In this document: piece by piece, positions 37,720 to 46,910 of the stretch | Layout of the letters: each line of letters begins with the position of its first letter | Position numbering within the stretch: position 1 is the first letter of the stretch | NCBI GenBank assembly: GCA_023485545.1 | Contig: JAMCZI010000005.1 | Location: forward strand, 967-64,966 | From: Candidatus Marsarchaeota archaeon | GTDB lineage: Archaea > Micrarchaeota > Micrarchaeia > Micrarchaeales > Micrarchaeaceae | Length of the DNA: 64,000 nt | Direction: 5' to 3' | The notes under the pieces: model-generated | Told to the model about the DNA's origin: nothing | Seen by the model: the letters and a program-made list of their open reading frames with translations, nothing else | Database searches by the model: none | Program-made: the position numbers and the translations under genes

Positions 37720-37777
37720 ACCTTAAATAATATAACTAACTGATAGCAAACTATAAAATAATAAGCAGGCGCTGTCC

Positions 37778-38026
37778 ATGGTTGAAGAGATACACGTCAG
37801 GATAACGAAGGATATAGAGATGTTTTACCCAAATGCATCGAAGATTCCTGCTGAAGGGCTAAGCAAGGCTGAGCTGCACGTTTTCGAGTTGTCGAAGATG
37901 TACGCAAGCGATGCAAAGAGCTATCTGGACAAGGGCGACCTCTACACCTCTTTCTCCTGCATATCCTACGCCCACGGGCTGCTTGACGCGCTGAGGGAGA
38001 TTTTGGATGGAAGGAACGTACACTGA
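37778..38026 (+). CDS. DUF357-like protein
   Basis: YASDAKSYLDKGD...SYAHGLLDA. Confidence 0.8.
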   Translation: MVEEIHVRITKDIEMFYPNASKIPAEGLSKAELHVFELSKMYASDAKSYLDKGDLYTSFSCISYAHGLLDALREILDGRNVH

Positions 38027-39122
38027 GGGCTTCGCAAAGGTGAATGCGGGGAATGCATTCATAAACCCGCTCGCAAAGCTGAACAGGGATATTGGCATAG
38101 CGATAGTGGGCCCAAAAAAACGCGGGAAAGGGCTTAAGATGCTGGACGCAACCGCTGCCACAGGAATACGCGGCATAAGGTATCTAATCGAATCTGCAGT
38201 GGACGATTGCACCTTCCTAGAAATAAATGAAGACGTTTTCAGCCAGCTAGGGGCAAACATAAAATCAAACGGAGTAAAGGCAGCAGCCCTGAATACGAGC
38301 ATACAGGAATTCTGCAGCTCAACACGCGAACGTTTTGACCTCGTTGAGCTTGACCCATTCGGGGGGATATACCCGTATGTGTTCGACGTGGCCAAGGTGC
38401 TGCGTGGTGGCTCCTACTTCTTCGCCACCGCAACAGACGCGGCTGTCCTCTGCGGCGCGCAGAAAAACGCGTGCCTCAAGCTATATTCTGCAAAGCCGAT
38501 GCACAACAAGCTATGCCACGAAACAGGGCTCAGGATAATGATAGGGTATATGGCAAGGATGCTTGCGCAGTTCAATTTCGGCATCGATGTTTTGCTCGGC
38601 ATGTTCCACGACCATTACATGCGTGTTTATGCAAGGATTGAAAGCGGCGCAGCAGCCGCAACAAAAAGCATAGGGGAGCTCGGCTTCGCGTTCTACTGCG
38701 ACAGCTGCGGCGCGATAACCTCATCAAAAGGGCTTGTGCCAGTGCATGCAGAATGCCATGAATGCGGCTCAAAGATGAGAGCTTCAGGGCCTCTCTGGCT
38801 CGGCAGGCTGAAGAGCGATGCTGCAATCGAAGCTGTGTCTGCATATGCATCAAAGAGCGGCGACAGGCATCTGAAGTCAGTGTCGCAGTTGCTATCATCA
38901 GAGCTCGACATCCCGCTTTTCTACCATATACCTTCCTTCACCAAGAAGCTCGGCATAACAGGGGTAAGCCCTGATGCTGTCATCGAATCCTTGGTAATGC
39001 GTGGGCTCTCCGCATCGCACACCCATTTCGACCCAAACGGCATCAAAAGCAGTGCTACGGCTGCCGACGTCACAGCAGCAATAAAGGGATGTGCAGCCGG
39101 TAGCGGATCCGCGATGCATTGA
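38007..39122 (+). CDS. trm1: tRNA (guanine26-N2)-dimethyltransferase
   Basis: FINP...NRD, LDATAATGIRGIRY, LDPFG, TATD, HETGLRI, CxxC zinc ribbon, GPLWLG. Confidence 0.92.
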   Translation: MEGTYTEGFAKVNAGNAFINPLAKLNRDIGIAIVGPKKRGKGLKMLDATAATGIRGIRYLIESAVDDCTFLEINEDVFSQLGANIKSNGVKAAALNTSIQEFCSSTRERFDLVELDPFGGIYPYVFDVAKVLRGGSYFFATATDAAVLCGAQKNACLKLYSAKPMHNKLCHETGLRIMIGYMARMLAQFNFGIDVLLGMFHDHYMRVYARIESGAAAATKSIGELGFAFYCDSCGAITSSKGLVPVHAECHECGSKMRASGPLWLGRLKSDAAIEAVSAYASKSGDRHLKSVSQLLSSELDIPLFYHIPSFTKKLGITGVSPDAVIESLVMRGLSASHTHFDPNGIKSSATAADVTAAIKGCAAGSGSAMH

Positions 39123-39217
39123 CTTTCCATCCCTTCAATTTCCTTAAATCGCCAATCGTTCATTGGCAGGAAAGGCTTAAATATGTTGAAAAAAAATTTA
39201 TAAACGGGTGAAGGGGC

Positions 39218-39523
39218 ATGAGTGGGGAAGAACTCAAAGCTATTATGGGCAGCCAGAGCGCTGTCCAAGACAGAAGGGAAGGATACGCCTGCCTCAAGTG
39301 CGGCAGGAAGATAGGCAAGAGCGAAATCAAGGTAGCGGTCTCGCCTATAGAGTTCCCTGGAAGCGCCGACGCAAGAAGGCGGGTGGTGTGTGCAGAGTGC
39401 TTCAGGAAAGCAGCTTCTACATACGCGCGCAGGAGCGTCTCAAAAAGGCACAACTCCCATGCTAGCATGCGCTTGATTCAAAAGGTGCACATGCACAGCA
39501 GCCTGAGATTGGCATATAGCTGA
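39218..39523 (+). CDS. Small Zn-binding hypothetical protein
   Basis: CLKC...CAEC; upstream TATA-like TTTATAAA and purine-rich RBS. Confidence 0.55.
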   Translation: MSGEELKAIMGSQSAVQDRREGYACLKCGRKIGKSEIKVAVSPIEFPGSADARRRVVCAECFRKAASTYARRSVSKRHNSHASMRLIQKVHMHSSLRLAYS

Positions 39524-39717
39524 AATAATGCCGAAAGCCTGGCTATAGCCAGCCCTAGGATTCCCCACCGCAGTTTGCTCCTTCTTTGAATATGCTGATT
39601 TTCACAAAGCCTAAAAGCTAACTTTGACGAAGCCGCCAAAATCTGATTTTTCCCACAGCGCCAAAAGCGTATAAACATTTCCATTGATATGGAATACAAT
39701 TTCTCGTGGGTGAAACA

Positions 39718-40593
39718 ATGAGAAAAGAAGCAAAGATAGGAATCATGGCAGCCGCAGCCCTTTTTTCAATATTACTCGTGCCTATGTTCGCATATGCACA
39801 AATCGGCCCTGCACTGCACCTGCAGCAACACATACCTGGACCGGCAGGCCCAGCAATGTACTCGTTCAACCTTACGGAGTTCGACAACGACTTCCTGTGG
39901 ACTGCGCAGAATGCATTCTACGCTCCGGCAGTTCCGTTCGGCAACTGGTCTGCAACGCCTCAGGGCTGCTATACGTATGCAGTCGCTAACACAGGCATAT
40001 GCACGACTCCGGGCAACAGCTACGCCAACTTAGGTGGATCGCAGGACCTTGGCACGATAATTGTGACTCCTGGAGGGCTGCAGACATCGCTTTACGGCTA
40101 TCCAAACGACACCGTAGGCAATCATCTGGTGTTCTCAAGGACAGGCACCACATATACACTGATGCCCACAGCAGTGAGCTATCCGGTAGGCAACTTTACT
40201 GTGTCTGAGATATGGGAGGGATACCTGAACTTCGGTAACATGCCGCCGAGCGAGCAGAACTTCAGCTCTGGAGAGCTGTACCAGTGGGTGGTCATAAAGG
40301 CGCCTAGCAACGACTGCAACGTGCTTGCTGCATACCCTGATGCAGTGTTCGTAGGGCCGAGCCTCAACGCATGGCTCATAGGCTTCAACGTGTACGACAT
40401 GGCGCACGGGATAATATCAAAGAGCTACTTCACCATGCCGTTCCCGGCGGTGAATGGAAGCTTGACCATGTTCCCAACGCCAACCCCGCCACTGCCTGCA
40501 ATGCCTCCGGCAAGGCTGATGCCTCCTGGGCAGCCTAACGGAAACATGCCAGGATCGTGCTCACAGAGCACCACTGTAGTATCTGTGCAGTAG
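39718..40593 (+). CDS. Secreted hypothetical protein with Pro-rich tail
   Basis: Signal peptide ending AYA, Asn/Thr/Tyr-rich body. Confidence 0.65.
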   Translation: MRKEAKIGIMAAAALFSILLVPMFAYAQIGPALHLQQHIPGPAGPAMYSFNLTEFDNDFLWTAQNAFYAPAVPFGNWSATPQGCYTYAVANTGICTTPGNSYANLGGSQDLGTIIVTPGGLQTSLYGYPNDTVGNHLVFSRTGTTYTLMPTAVSYPVGNFTVSEIWEGYLNFGNMPPSEQNFSSGELYQWVVIKAPSNDCNVLAAYPDAVFVGPSLNAWLIGFNVYDMAHGIISKSYFTMPFPAVNGSLTMFPTPTPPLPAMPPARLMPPGQPNGNMPGSCSQSTTVVSVQ

Positions 40594-40609
40594 AACAGAG
40601 GATTCGAAG

Positions 40610-40643
40610 AGCGGCAGGGAGACCCTGCCGCTTTTTTTCTTTT
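40610..40643 (+). terminator. GC-rich hairpin followed by a U tract
   Basis: AGCGGCAGGG-AGA-CCCTGCCGCT then TTTTTTCTTTT, between convergent genes. Confidence 0.7.
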
Positions 40644-41253
40644 ACCTTACAACCTTGAATCCCATCTTAGAGCCCATGTTCTGCTTGTATCCGAGATGTA
40701 TGTTCAGCATGCCGAGAGCCTCAAGGTATCTCGCCGCTTCCAGCTTTCCTGCGTCTATAACGTCGAAGCCTATCTTCTCGCCGAACTCCCTCACGGTCTT
40801 CTTTGCGTCGTCGGAATCGGATGCGATGAACAGGCCGAGCTTCTCGCCGTTTATGCTCCCGACAGCCATGTGCTCAGCAAAAACTGTGTTGAACGCCTTG
40901 ACCACGTTAGCGCCCTTCATCTCCTTGGCCATCTCCTCTGCAGAGGAGGTCTTGAACCCTACCGCCCAGTCCATGTTCTTGCCGAGCGGGTTGGTGACGT
41001 CGACAACGGTCTTGCCCTTGAAGCTGTCCTTTCCAGCTTCCTTTATGGCGTCCTTTACGGCGCTGTAAGGCACTGCCATTATCACAACGTCCGCTTCTGC
41101 TGCTGCCTCCTTCGGTGTCGCAGCCCTCGTGCCCTGCGGCACCTTCGCCTGCTGCGGGTTCCTTGACCCGTATATAACCTCATAGCCTTTCGACGCAAGC
41201 GCACCGCCTATCGCCGATCCGACCTTTCCTGTGCCTATTATGCCAACTTTCAT
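40642..41253 (-). CDS. NADP oxidoreductase (F420-dependent NADP reductase-like family)
   Basis: IIGTGKVG, GSR, VDVTNP, VVKAFNT, DAGKL. Confidence 0.85.
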   Translation of the reverse strand: MKVGIIGTGKVGSAIGGALASKGYEVIYGSRNPQQAKVPQGTRAATPKEAAAEADVVIMAVPYSAVKDAIKEAGKDSFKGKTVVDVTNPLGKNMDWAVGFKTSSAEEMAKEMKGANVVKAFNTVFAEHMAVGSINGEKLGLFIASDSDDAKKTVREFGEKIGFDVIDAGKLEAARYLEALGMLNIHLGYKQNMGSKMGFKVVR

Positions 41254-41468
41254 TTTTTCACCATAATAATAGCTCAATCAAAATTCTTATGGATTTGTCA
41301 AAAAGTGCGTTATCGCCGTAATAAATACGTCGTAAATACGTCGCCGTCAAGGCGTGTTGCTGGCTTAGAAACATTTAAATATTACCTAATGCTGATACAT
41401 TTACTGTGATATAATTACCTCGCCCCTGCAAAATATTATAATAATAGCAACTACAAAGATAGCAGTGT

Positions 41469-41566
41469 GCAGGGATGGCAGAGCCTGGTCAAATGCGACG
41501 GACTCAAGATCCGTTGACCTAGGTCTACGGGAGTTCAAAACCTGTGAACAAATCTCCCTCCCTGCA
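41469..41566 (+). tRNA. tRNA-Leu(CAA) with a 13-nt intron in the T-loop (58/59; intron 41539-41551)
   Basis: Cloverleaf with long variable arm; GTTC/GAAC helix flanked by two AAA bulges; excision restores GGGAG-TTCAAAT-CTCCC. Confidence 0.9.
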
Positions 41567-41599
41567 TATATTACGTTTACCATATTAGGGTGTTAAGAA

Positions 41600-42259
41600 A
41601 TGTCAAACAATGTGAAGCGCGACCAGAAGAAGGTAAAGGATTCAAAGATATACGAGATACCAAACTACGCACAGAGCGAGGAATTTACCAGCGCAGCAGC
41701 GTGTGCGATGATGCTTCTCAAGTACGTCAAGAAGGGATACAAGATGACGAAGGAGAACGAGTTTGCCATATGGGAGGAGGCGGTGCGCGGAAGCGTATGG
41801 CACGGCTCCAGATACGGCATAGCTTATGCCCTGGCCAAGAGGGGCGTGAATCCGCAGATAATAACAACTGCCAAGGATGAGGGCTACGAGAAGAGGCTTG
41901 CAGTCCTTGAAGGCATAAACCTGGACGCGCTCAAGGCGTCCTTCACCGAGATAAAGGACAAGGCAAAGGACATGTCGATAAAGGAGAGCTACGGCCTCGC
42001 CACCATAAACACGATAAAGAAGCAGCTCACGAGCAACAAGGTGCCAATGGTCGTGGTGAACGCAAACGCGATAAACTCGTATCTCGAATCATCTCCGCAC
42101 TGGGTCGTGGTAAAGGGGTACGACAAGGAGTTCTTCTACATAAATGATCCGTACTCGGACAGCACCATAACGATGGAGCCAGAGCAGTTCAAGCAGGCTC
42201 TGGGCTACGAGGGCGAGCACCACATGATAGTGATAAGCGCATCTGCAAAGAATAAATAA
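41600..42259 (+). CDS. Peptidase C39-like (DUF3335-like) protein
   Basis: YAQSEEFTSAAACAMM, IWEEA, PHWVVVKGYD, YINDPY. Confidence 0.75.
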   Translation: MSNNVKRDQKKVKDSKIYEIPNYAQSEEFTSAAACAMMLLKYVKKGYKMTKENEFAIWEEAVRGSVWHGSRYGIAYALAKRGVNPQIITTAKDEGYEKRLAVLEGINLDALKASFTEIKDKAKDMSIKESYGLATINTIKKQLTSNKVPMVVVNANAINSYLESSPHWVVVKGYDKEFFYINDPYSDSTITMEPEQFKQALGYEGEHHMIVISASAKNK

Positions 42260-43513
42260 ATGCAGCCCCAAGCCTTATCATCGGGGCTGCATACAATGCG
42301 CATACTCATAATGGAAAGCGGTTCCTTCAAGACCATAGGAGGCGCTGCGAAGGACACATACCGCCTTTTCAGGTACCTTAAAAGCAGCCTTAAGGGAGCG
42401 CGCATAGACCTTTATGCCGATTTTTCTAAATTTACCGGGGAGAAGCTTGGCTATGTAACCAAGGAAGCGCTATTCAAAAGGAAGTACGATGTAGTGTTGC
42501 TGAACTCGATAAGGGATTCTTCAATCGCCGGAGAATACATAAGCAAAACGGGGAACCGCCCTTTCACTATCTACACCGACAGGGGCGACATAATCACTGC
42601 ATATTCAAAGAGCCCCGTAAAGCGGTTCGCATCGCTATATGGCGGGATCCCGCTATTCAGCTCCAATATAGAGCTTATAGAGCGCAAGGTATCTCGCGTC
42701 CAGAGCTCAAATGCGGCGCAGCTGAAGAAGGTCCGGAATTTCTTCTCGAAGTCATACGCGCTGTACATGTTCAGGTCTATGCGCTTATGGCTCGACTGCT
42801 ACGTAGCTACCACCCCTATCCAAGCCAGGCTTGCCGAGGCGTTCTTTGCCAATGCTGGCGTAAGGATAGAATATATGCCGCGCGCTCCACACGAGCAGTT
42901 TAGGCGCCTCGGAGCAAGGAAAAGCTTCCGCGGCGGGCTATTTGTCGGGCGCCTTGAGGAATCGCAGAAGAATGTATCCTTCATGATACGCGGCGTAGCG
43001 CAAGTCCTTAAATCCAGGCCAGACCTTTCAAAAGCAGACCTCCTTCACATAGTTGGAGAAGGGCCGGATAGGGAGGCGTACGCTTTGCTGGTGCGCAGGC
43101 TCGGCCTGGCGCGCAATGTGGAATTCTCCGGCTTCAAGGGCGACGACAAGCTTCCGGGCATATACAACAATGCCGGGTTCTTCGTAGCGACATCTAACTG
43201 GGAGTCGCCCGGCAGGGCAATAATGGAAGCCATGGCATGCGGCATACCAATACTAATGCGCGACAGGATAAATTCGCCCATACGCACCAAGCCGTTGAGG
43301 ATGCTTGTTGAGGACGGGAAGAGCGGCCTTATCTATCACGACATGAAGGATTTCGTGCCGAAGTTCATACGCATGTACGAAGACAGGGAGCGCTCTGAGG
43401 CGATGGGAAGATACGCAAGCAGATACATAGGAAAGGAGCTCAGCCTGGGGCGGCTTTATAAGTCCTACTTGAAGCTAATACTTTCTCGCACAGCAAGGAT
43501 GGAATCCAGATAA
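42260..43513 (+). CDS. GT4 glycosyltransferase
   Basis: IGGA, FVGRL..SQKN, VGEGP, ESPGRAIMEAMACG. Confidence 0.85.
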   Translation: MQPQALSSGLHTMRILIMESGSFKTIGGAAKDTYRLFRYLKSSLKGARIDLYADFSKFTGEKLGYVTKEALFKRKYDVVLLNSIRDSSIAGEYISKTGNRPFTIYTDRGDIITAYSKSPVKRFASLYGGIPLFSSNIELIERKVSRVQSSNAAQLKKVRNFFSKSYALYMFRSMRLWLDCYVATTPIQARLAEAFFANAGVRIEYMPRAPHEQFRRLGARKSFRGGLFVGRLEESQKNVSFMIRGVAQVLKSRPDLSKADLLHIVGEGPDREAYALLVRRLGLARNVEFSGFKGDDKLPGIYNNAGFFVATSNWESPGRAIMEAMACGIPILMRDRINSPIRTKPLRMLVEDGKSGLIYHDMKDFVPKFIRMYEDRERSEAMGRYASRYIGKELSLGRLYKSYLKLILSRTARMESR

Positions 43514-43516
43514 TGC

Positions 43517-44284
43517 TCATGTAAGGCCGAGTGCGCTGCCGCCCGGCAGTGCGCTGTACGGTATGGGTATCCAGCTGTACGCCGCCGCCTCAGTGGAGCT
43601 AAGGCTCGACGGATAGGCGGATTCTGTGGAAGGCAGGCCTGAAATCGGTATGTGTGCCAGCCCCGAAGAGAGCGAGAGCAGCACCGGAACCGCCAGCAAT
43701 ACTATGATGAAGCCTGCAACGAAAGACATTATAACCATGCTCATTACCACGCTTTCAACGCTCGTGCCGTGCAGCTTCGCCAGCGCCGCTACAAGAATCA
43801 CAAAGCCCCAGAATATGCCTATGAGCTTGGCAAGCGTTCCTACTACTGGTATCTCAAAGCTCCAGGACAGCGCGACGAGCGGCATGAAGCTGTAAACCAC
43901 CGCACTTGCTGTATTGCTGAATCCTCCCTTGAACCTGCGCATGAGCCCGTATCCTACCACATGGTAAAAGAACGCTTCGAACAGTATCATGGCTGGTATC
44001 AGGACAAGCATGGTAAGGATATCGAAAGCGAGCTCGTATGCTGCGCTGAAAGGCGCCGAAGTCACGCCGAGCTGGCTTCCCGGAAATCCCCCTATTCCAG
44101 ACGAGGAATACTGCGCGATCGAGCTCCCGAAAAGAAGCAGTATCGCAGCCGATACTATTATCGGCACCACTGTAGATTTGTAGTAGAACCCGAAAGCCTT
44201 CTTGGCTGAAAGCCCGTGTGAAATCGAATCCTCGTCGTACAGCGAAATCCTGACAGCCTTTATGAAGTCGCTTATGAAAATCAT
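43517..44284 (-). CDS. Yip1-like multi-TM membrane protein
   Basis: About 5 TM; FKGGFSNTASAVVYSFMP. Confidence 0.55.
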   Translation of the reverse strand: MIFISDFIKAVRISLYDEDSISHGLSAKKAFGFYYKSTVVPIIVSAAILLLFGSSIAQYSSSGIGGFPGSQLGVTSAPFSAAYELAFDILTMLVLIPAMILFEAFFYHVVGYGLMRRFKGGFSNTASAVVYSFMPLVALSWSFEIPVVGTLAKLIGIFWGFVILVAALAKLHGTSVESVVMSMVIMSFVAGFIIVLLAVPVLLSLSSGLAHIPISGLPSTESAYPSSLSSTEAAAYSWIPIPYSALPGGSALGLT

Positions 44285-44426
44285 CAGTCACACCGCATCG
44301 CGTTTGCCGATGAACTGGCATCTCCCCCAAAGCATAAAAATATTGCCCGCACCAACTGCATGTGCGACTTTTTGCTGGTTTCAGACACGTTTTTAATTGT
44401 TGTTCCCGCTATTCTACCGTGTAAGC

Positions 44427-45929
44427 ATGATGGTAGGGTTCAAGTACTACAGCAATGCAAAGGTTGCAGCTGCATTGTTTGTGTCAATCGCTATCATAGT
44501 GTTCCTAATAACGATAAGGGCTGACCACCTGTTCTTCTTCGCGCTGCCAAAGCCAGTTACAATCAGGCTCCCGCCGCCAACCCCTGCCCAAGTGTGCAGC
44601 AAAAACCTCTCGGTAGACTACGGTTATGCAAAGGCCCTCTCGCTCGCGGCATATTCTACGCTGTCCAATTACACCGCATACTCCTCAGGTTCAGGCCAAG
44701 AATCAAACGCGAGCCTCAAGTATCTCAAGCTTCTTTATTCCGCAATGAATTCTTCAGCATTGATTCCAGAGCTTCTAGGGGCAGTATCCGGCTATAATCT
44801 TTCTTCCTCATATTCAGCCTCGAGTCCGTGCAGCATGGCGAACTACAATGAAAATACGAGCCAGGCTGAAGTCCTCGGAGTCCTTCTTGGGTACAATATA
44901 AGCGTATTCAGAAGCCACCAGGCGCGTGATGAATTCCTCGCGCTCAACGTCGACACATCGCTGCTCCCAACGCCCTATTGGCCAAACGTAACTCCTTTGC
45001 TATCTGTTCAGGAGCCGCAGCCTGCGTATACCGCTTTGTATTCTACAGAACTTATGAACGGCTTTGAGCGCGCTCTCAATGCGACTGCAGATTATGCACT
45101 GCATGCCGGCATGCAGAAAAACGCATTTTCCAGCATCTCTACTGAACCAGAGAACGCATCGCTCGGCGGCATGTTCATAAGCTACCTCCCGCCAGGTGAG
45201 AACCTGTCTGCGCTAAGCAAATCTGGATATTTGCCGCAAACGCTACCGTTAATCACCCTATCGGAATATTCATGCCTTGCATATCCGTACCAGTCCAATG
45301 CCGCTTGCGCTTACAATTCTACGCACAGCGAGCGCAGGCTTCTGCTCTATGAAATTTTTGCTGAGCAGCAGGTAGGATATTCGCTTTCACAGCTCATCTA
45401 TCATCGCAGCTTCAACCCCTCAATCGCTTTTGCAGGATACCGCAACGGCAGCCTCATGCTTGAGGTAGCAAATGCGCAGCAGGATGAGCTGGCCAACGCC
45501 ACAATATCGTTGAACGGAAAGAACTACAGCCATACAAGATTTCTTTCCTACTTCTACATCAACGTGAGCCTCAAGCCAGGATACAATAATATATCCTTCA
45601 AATCGCAAAATATTAAGCTCAGCACGACCCTATACATAAATCCTGAGGTGTCGGTATCTGCGGTGGCCTATCACGCAAACGGAAGCGCAGAGCTGTACCT
45701 CTCAAACTACGGCGCCTCCAATGTATCGATATACAATCTCAAGGTTTCAAACTTTCCAGATTCAAACACAATAGTCCCTGTCCTCGCCATCGCTTCCGGG
45801 AACTCGACTGCAATCAGGTTTTCAGGAGAACCATGCAATGCGTCAACAGGGCCGCAGGTGCCTATATACGTGCGCTTCAATTCCAGCAAAGGGAACGGCG
45901 TTTACTACACCACAATGTCATGCGGCTGA
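44427..45929 (+). CDS. Membrane-anchored extracellular glycoprotein, hypothetical
   Basis: N-terminal TM, many N-x-S/T sequons, beta-rich C-terminus. Confidence 0.6.
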   Translation: MMVGFKYYSNAKVAAALFVSIAIIVFLITIRADHLFFFALPKPVTIRLPPPTPAQVCSKNLSVDYGYAKALSLAAYSTLSNYTAYSSGSGQESNASLKYLKLLYSAMNSSALIPELLGAVSGYNLSSSYSASSPCSMANYNENTSQAEVLGVLLGYNISVFRSHQARDEFLALNVDTSLLPTPYWPNVTPLLSVQEPQPAYTALYSTELMNGFERALNATADYALHAGMQKNAFSSISTEPENASLGGMFISYLPPGENLSALSKSGYLPQTLPLITLSEYSCLAYPYQSNAACAYNSTHSERRLLLYEIFAEQQVGYSLSQLIYHRSFNPSIAFAGYRNGSLMLEVANAQQDELANATISLNGKNYSHTRFLSYFYINVSLKPGYNNISFKSQNIKLSTTLYINPEVSVSAVAYHANGSAELYLSNYGASNVSIYNLKVSNFPDSNTIVPVLAIASGNSTAIRFSGEPCNASTGPQVPIYVRFNSSKGNGVYYTTMSCG

Positions 45930-45959
45930 AAGCCGAGTAAACTGTCACCAGGAATCTAC

Positions 45960-46910
45960 ATGTACTTGAACCTGTATAATCCAACTGATGTATCCTTAAT
46001 CGAGGCTCTCATATTGTCCTACCTCCTAGGGATAGTCCACGGCATAACTCCTGACGAGCATACGTGGCCCATAACGTTTTCCTATTCCGTAGGGAGCTAC
46101 AGCACAAAGGGCGGCGCGAAGGCCGGGCTGCTGTTTTCCCTCGGGTTCACTGCCCAAAGGTCTATACTGTCCGAAGTCGCATACGTAGGACTCGCCGGAA
46201 TCTTCATCACGGCTGCGGCGTTTGGGATAACATACATAGTGGTGGGCGTAGCAATGGCCGCAGCCGGATTCTACGTGGTGCGCTTTAAGAAATATCCGCA
46301 CTGGCACTATCTGGAGAAGAAGCTGGGCATTATCTCTGGCCTTCACAAAAGCGAGAAGGAGCAGGCGCCAGAGCTGATGCACAAGCGCGACCCCTCTTCG
46401 CAGCGCAGGGACGAGGTTGCCGGCACCAAGCCTGTGCCGCTGAAGCTTGCGCTCCTGCACGGTTTTGTTGCCGGATTCGGATTTGGCGCATTTGCGCTCC
46501 TGATATACTTCGTTCTCGCCCCGACAATGCCGTCCGCGCTGTACGGGTGGGTACCAGGCATGCTCTTTGGCCTCGGAACGATGACAATGCAAATAATATT
46601 CGGTGCATTCTTCGGAAGGTATATGCGCCATGCCAAGCGCCTCACCGAAAACGGCATAAAGTTTGTTGCCAGGACAATATCCGGATTCGTGCTGCGCTAT
46701 GGAGGGATAGCCTTCATCGTCGGCGGCATACTCATACTCGTGTTCCCGCAGCTTCTCAGCTACGGAATAAACACAGGGATCAAGGTCCACAACCTTGACA
46801 ACCTTGGGATAGGGTTCTTCCTTGTCATAATAAGCGTCGTCGTCATCGGGATTATAGGATATTTTTCGGCGATGTCAAGAGCGAGGAAACTGGGCTATGT
46901 TTCAGCATAG
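45960..46910 (+). CDS. Ni/Co transporter-like membrane protein (NicO/UreH/DsbD-like)
   Basis: LGIVHGITPDEH metal-binding TM1 motif, LLHGFVAG, FGLGT. Confidence 0.6.
   Translation: MYLNLYNPTDVSLIEALILSYLLGIVHGITPDEHTWPITFSYSVGSYSTKGGAKAGLLFSLGFTAQRSILSEVAYVGLAGIFITAAAFGITYIVVGVAMAAAGFYVVRFKKYPHWHYLEKKLGIISGLHKSEKEQAPELMHKRDPSSQRRDEVAGTKPVPLKLALLHGFVAGFGFGAFALLIYFVLAPTMPSALYGWVPGMLFGLGTMTMQIIFGAFFGRYMRHAKRLTENGIKFVARTISGFVLRYGGIAFIVGGILILVFPQLLSYGINTGIKVHNLDNLGIGFFLVIISVVVIGIIGYFSAMSRARKLGYVSA

Noticed and set aside
39208..39465. Alternative-frame 85-aa ORF
   Set aside because: The overlapping frame 39218-39523 has two CxxC pairs and a better RBS
41322..41343. Tandem 11-bp repeat TAAATACGTCG x2
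   Set aside because: Only two adjacent copies with no spacer; likely slippage, not CRISPR or iterons
46852..46910. 59-nt convergent overlap of the beta-CASP and transporter genes
   Set aside because: Tail looks like a non-conserved extension; 3' overlaps are common in this compact window
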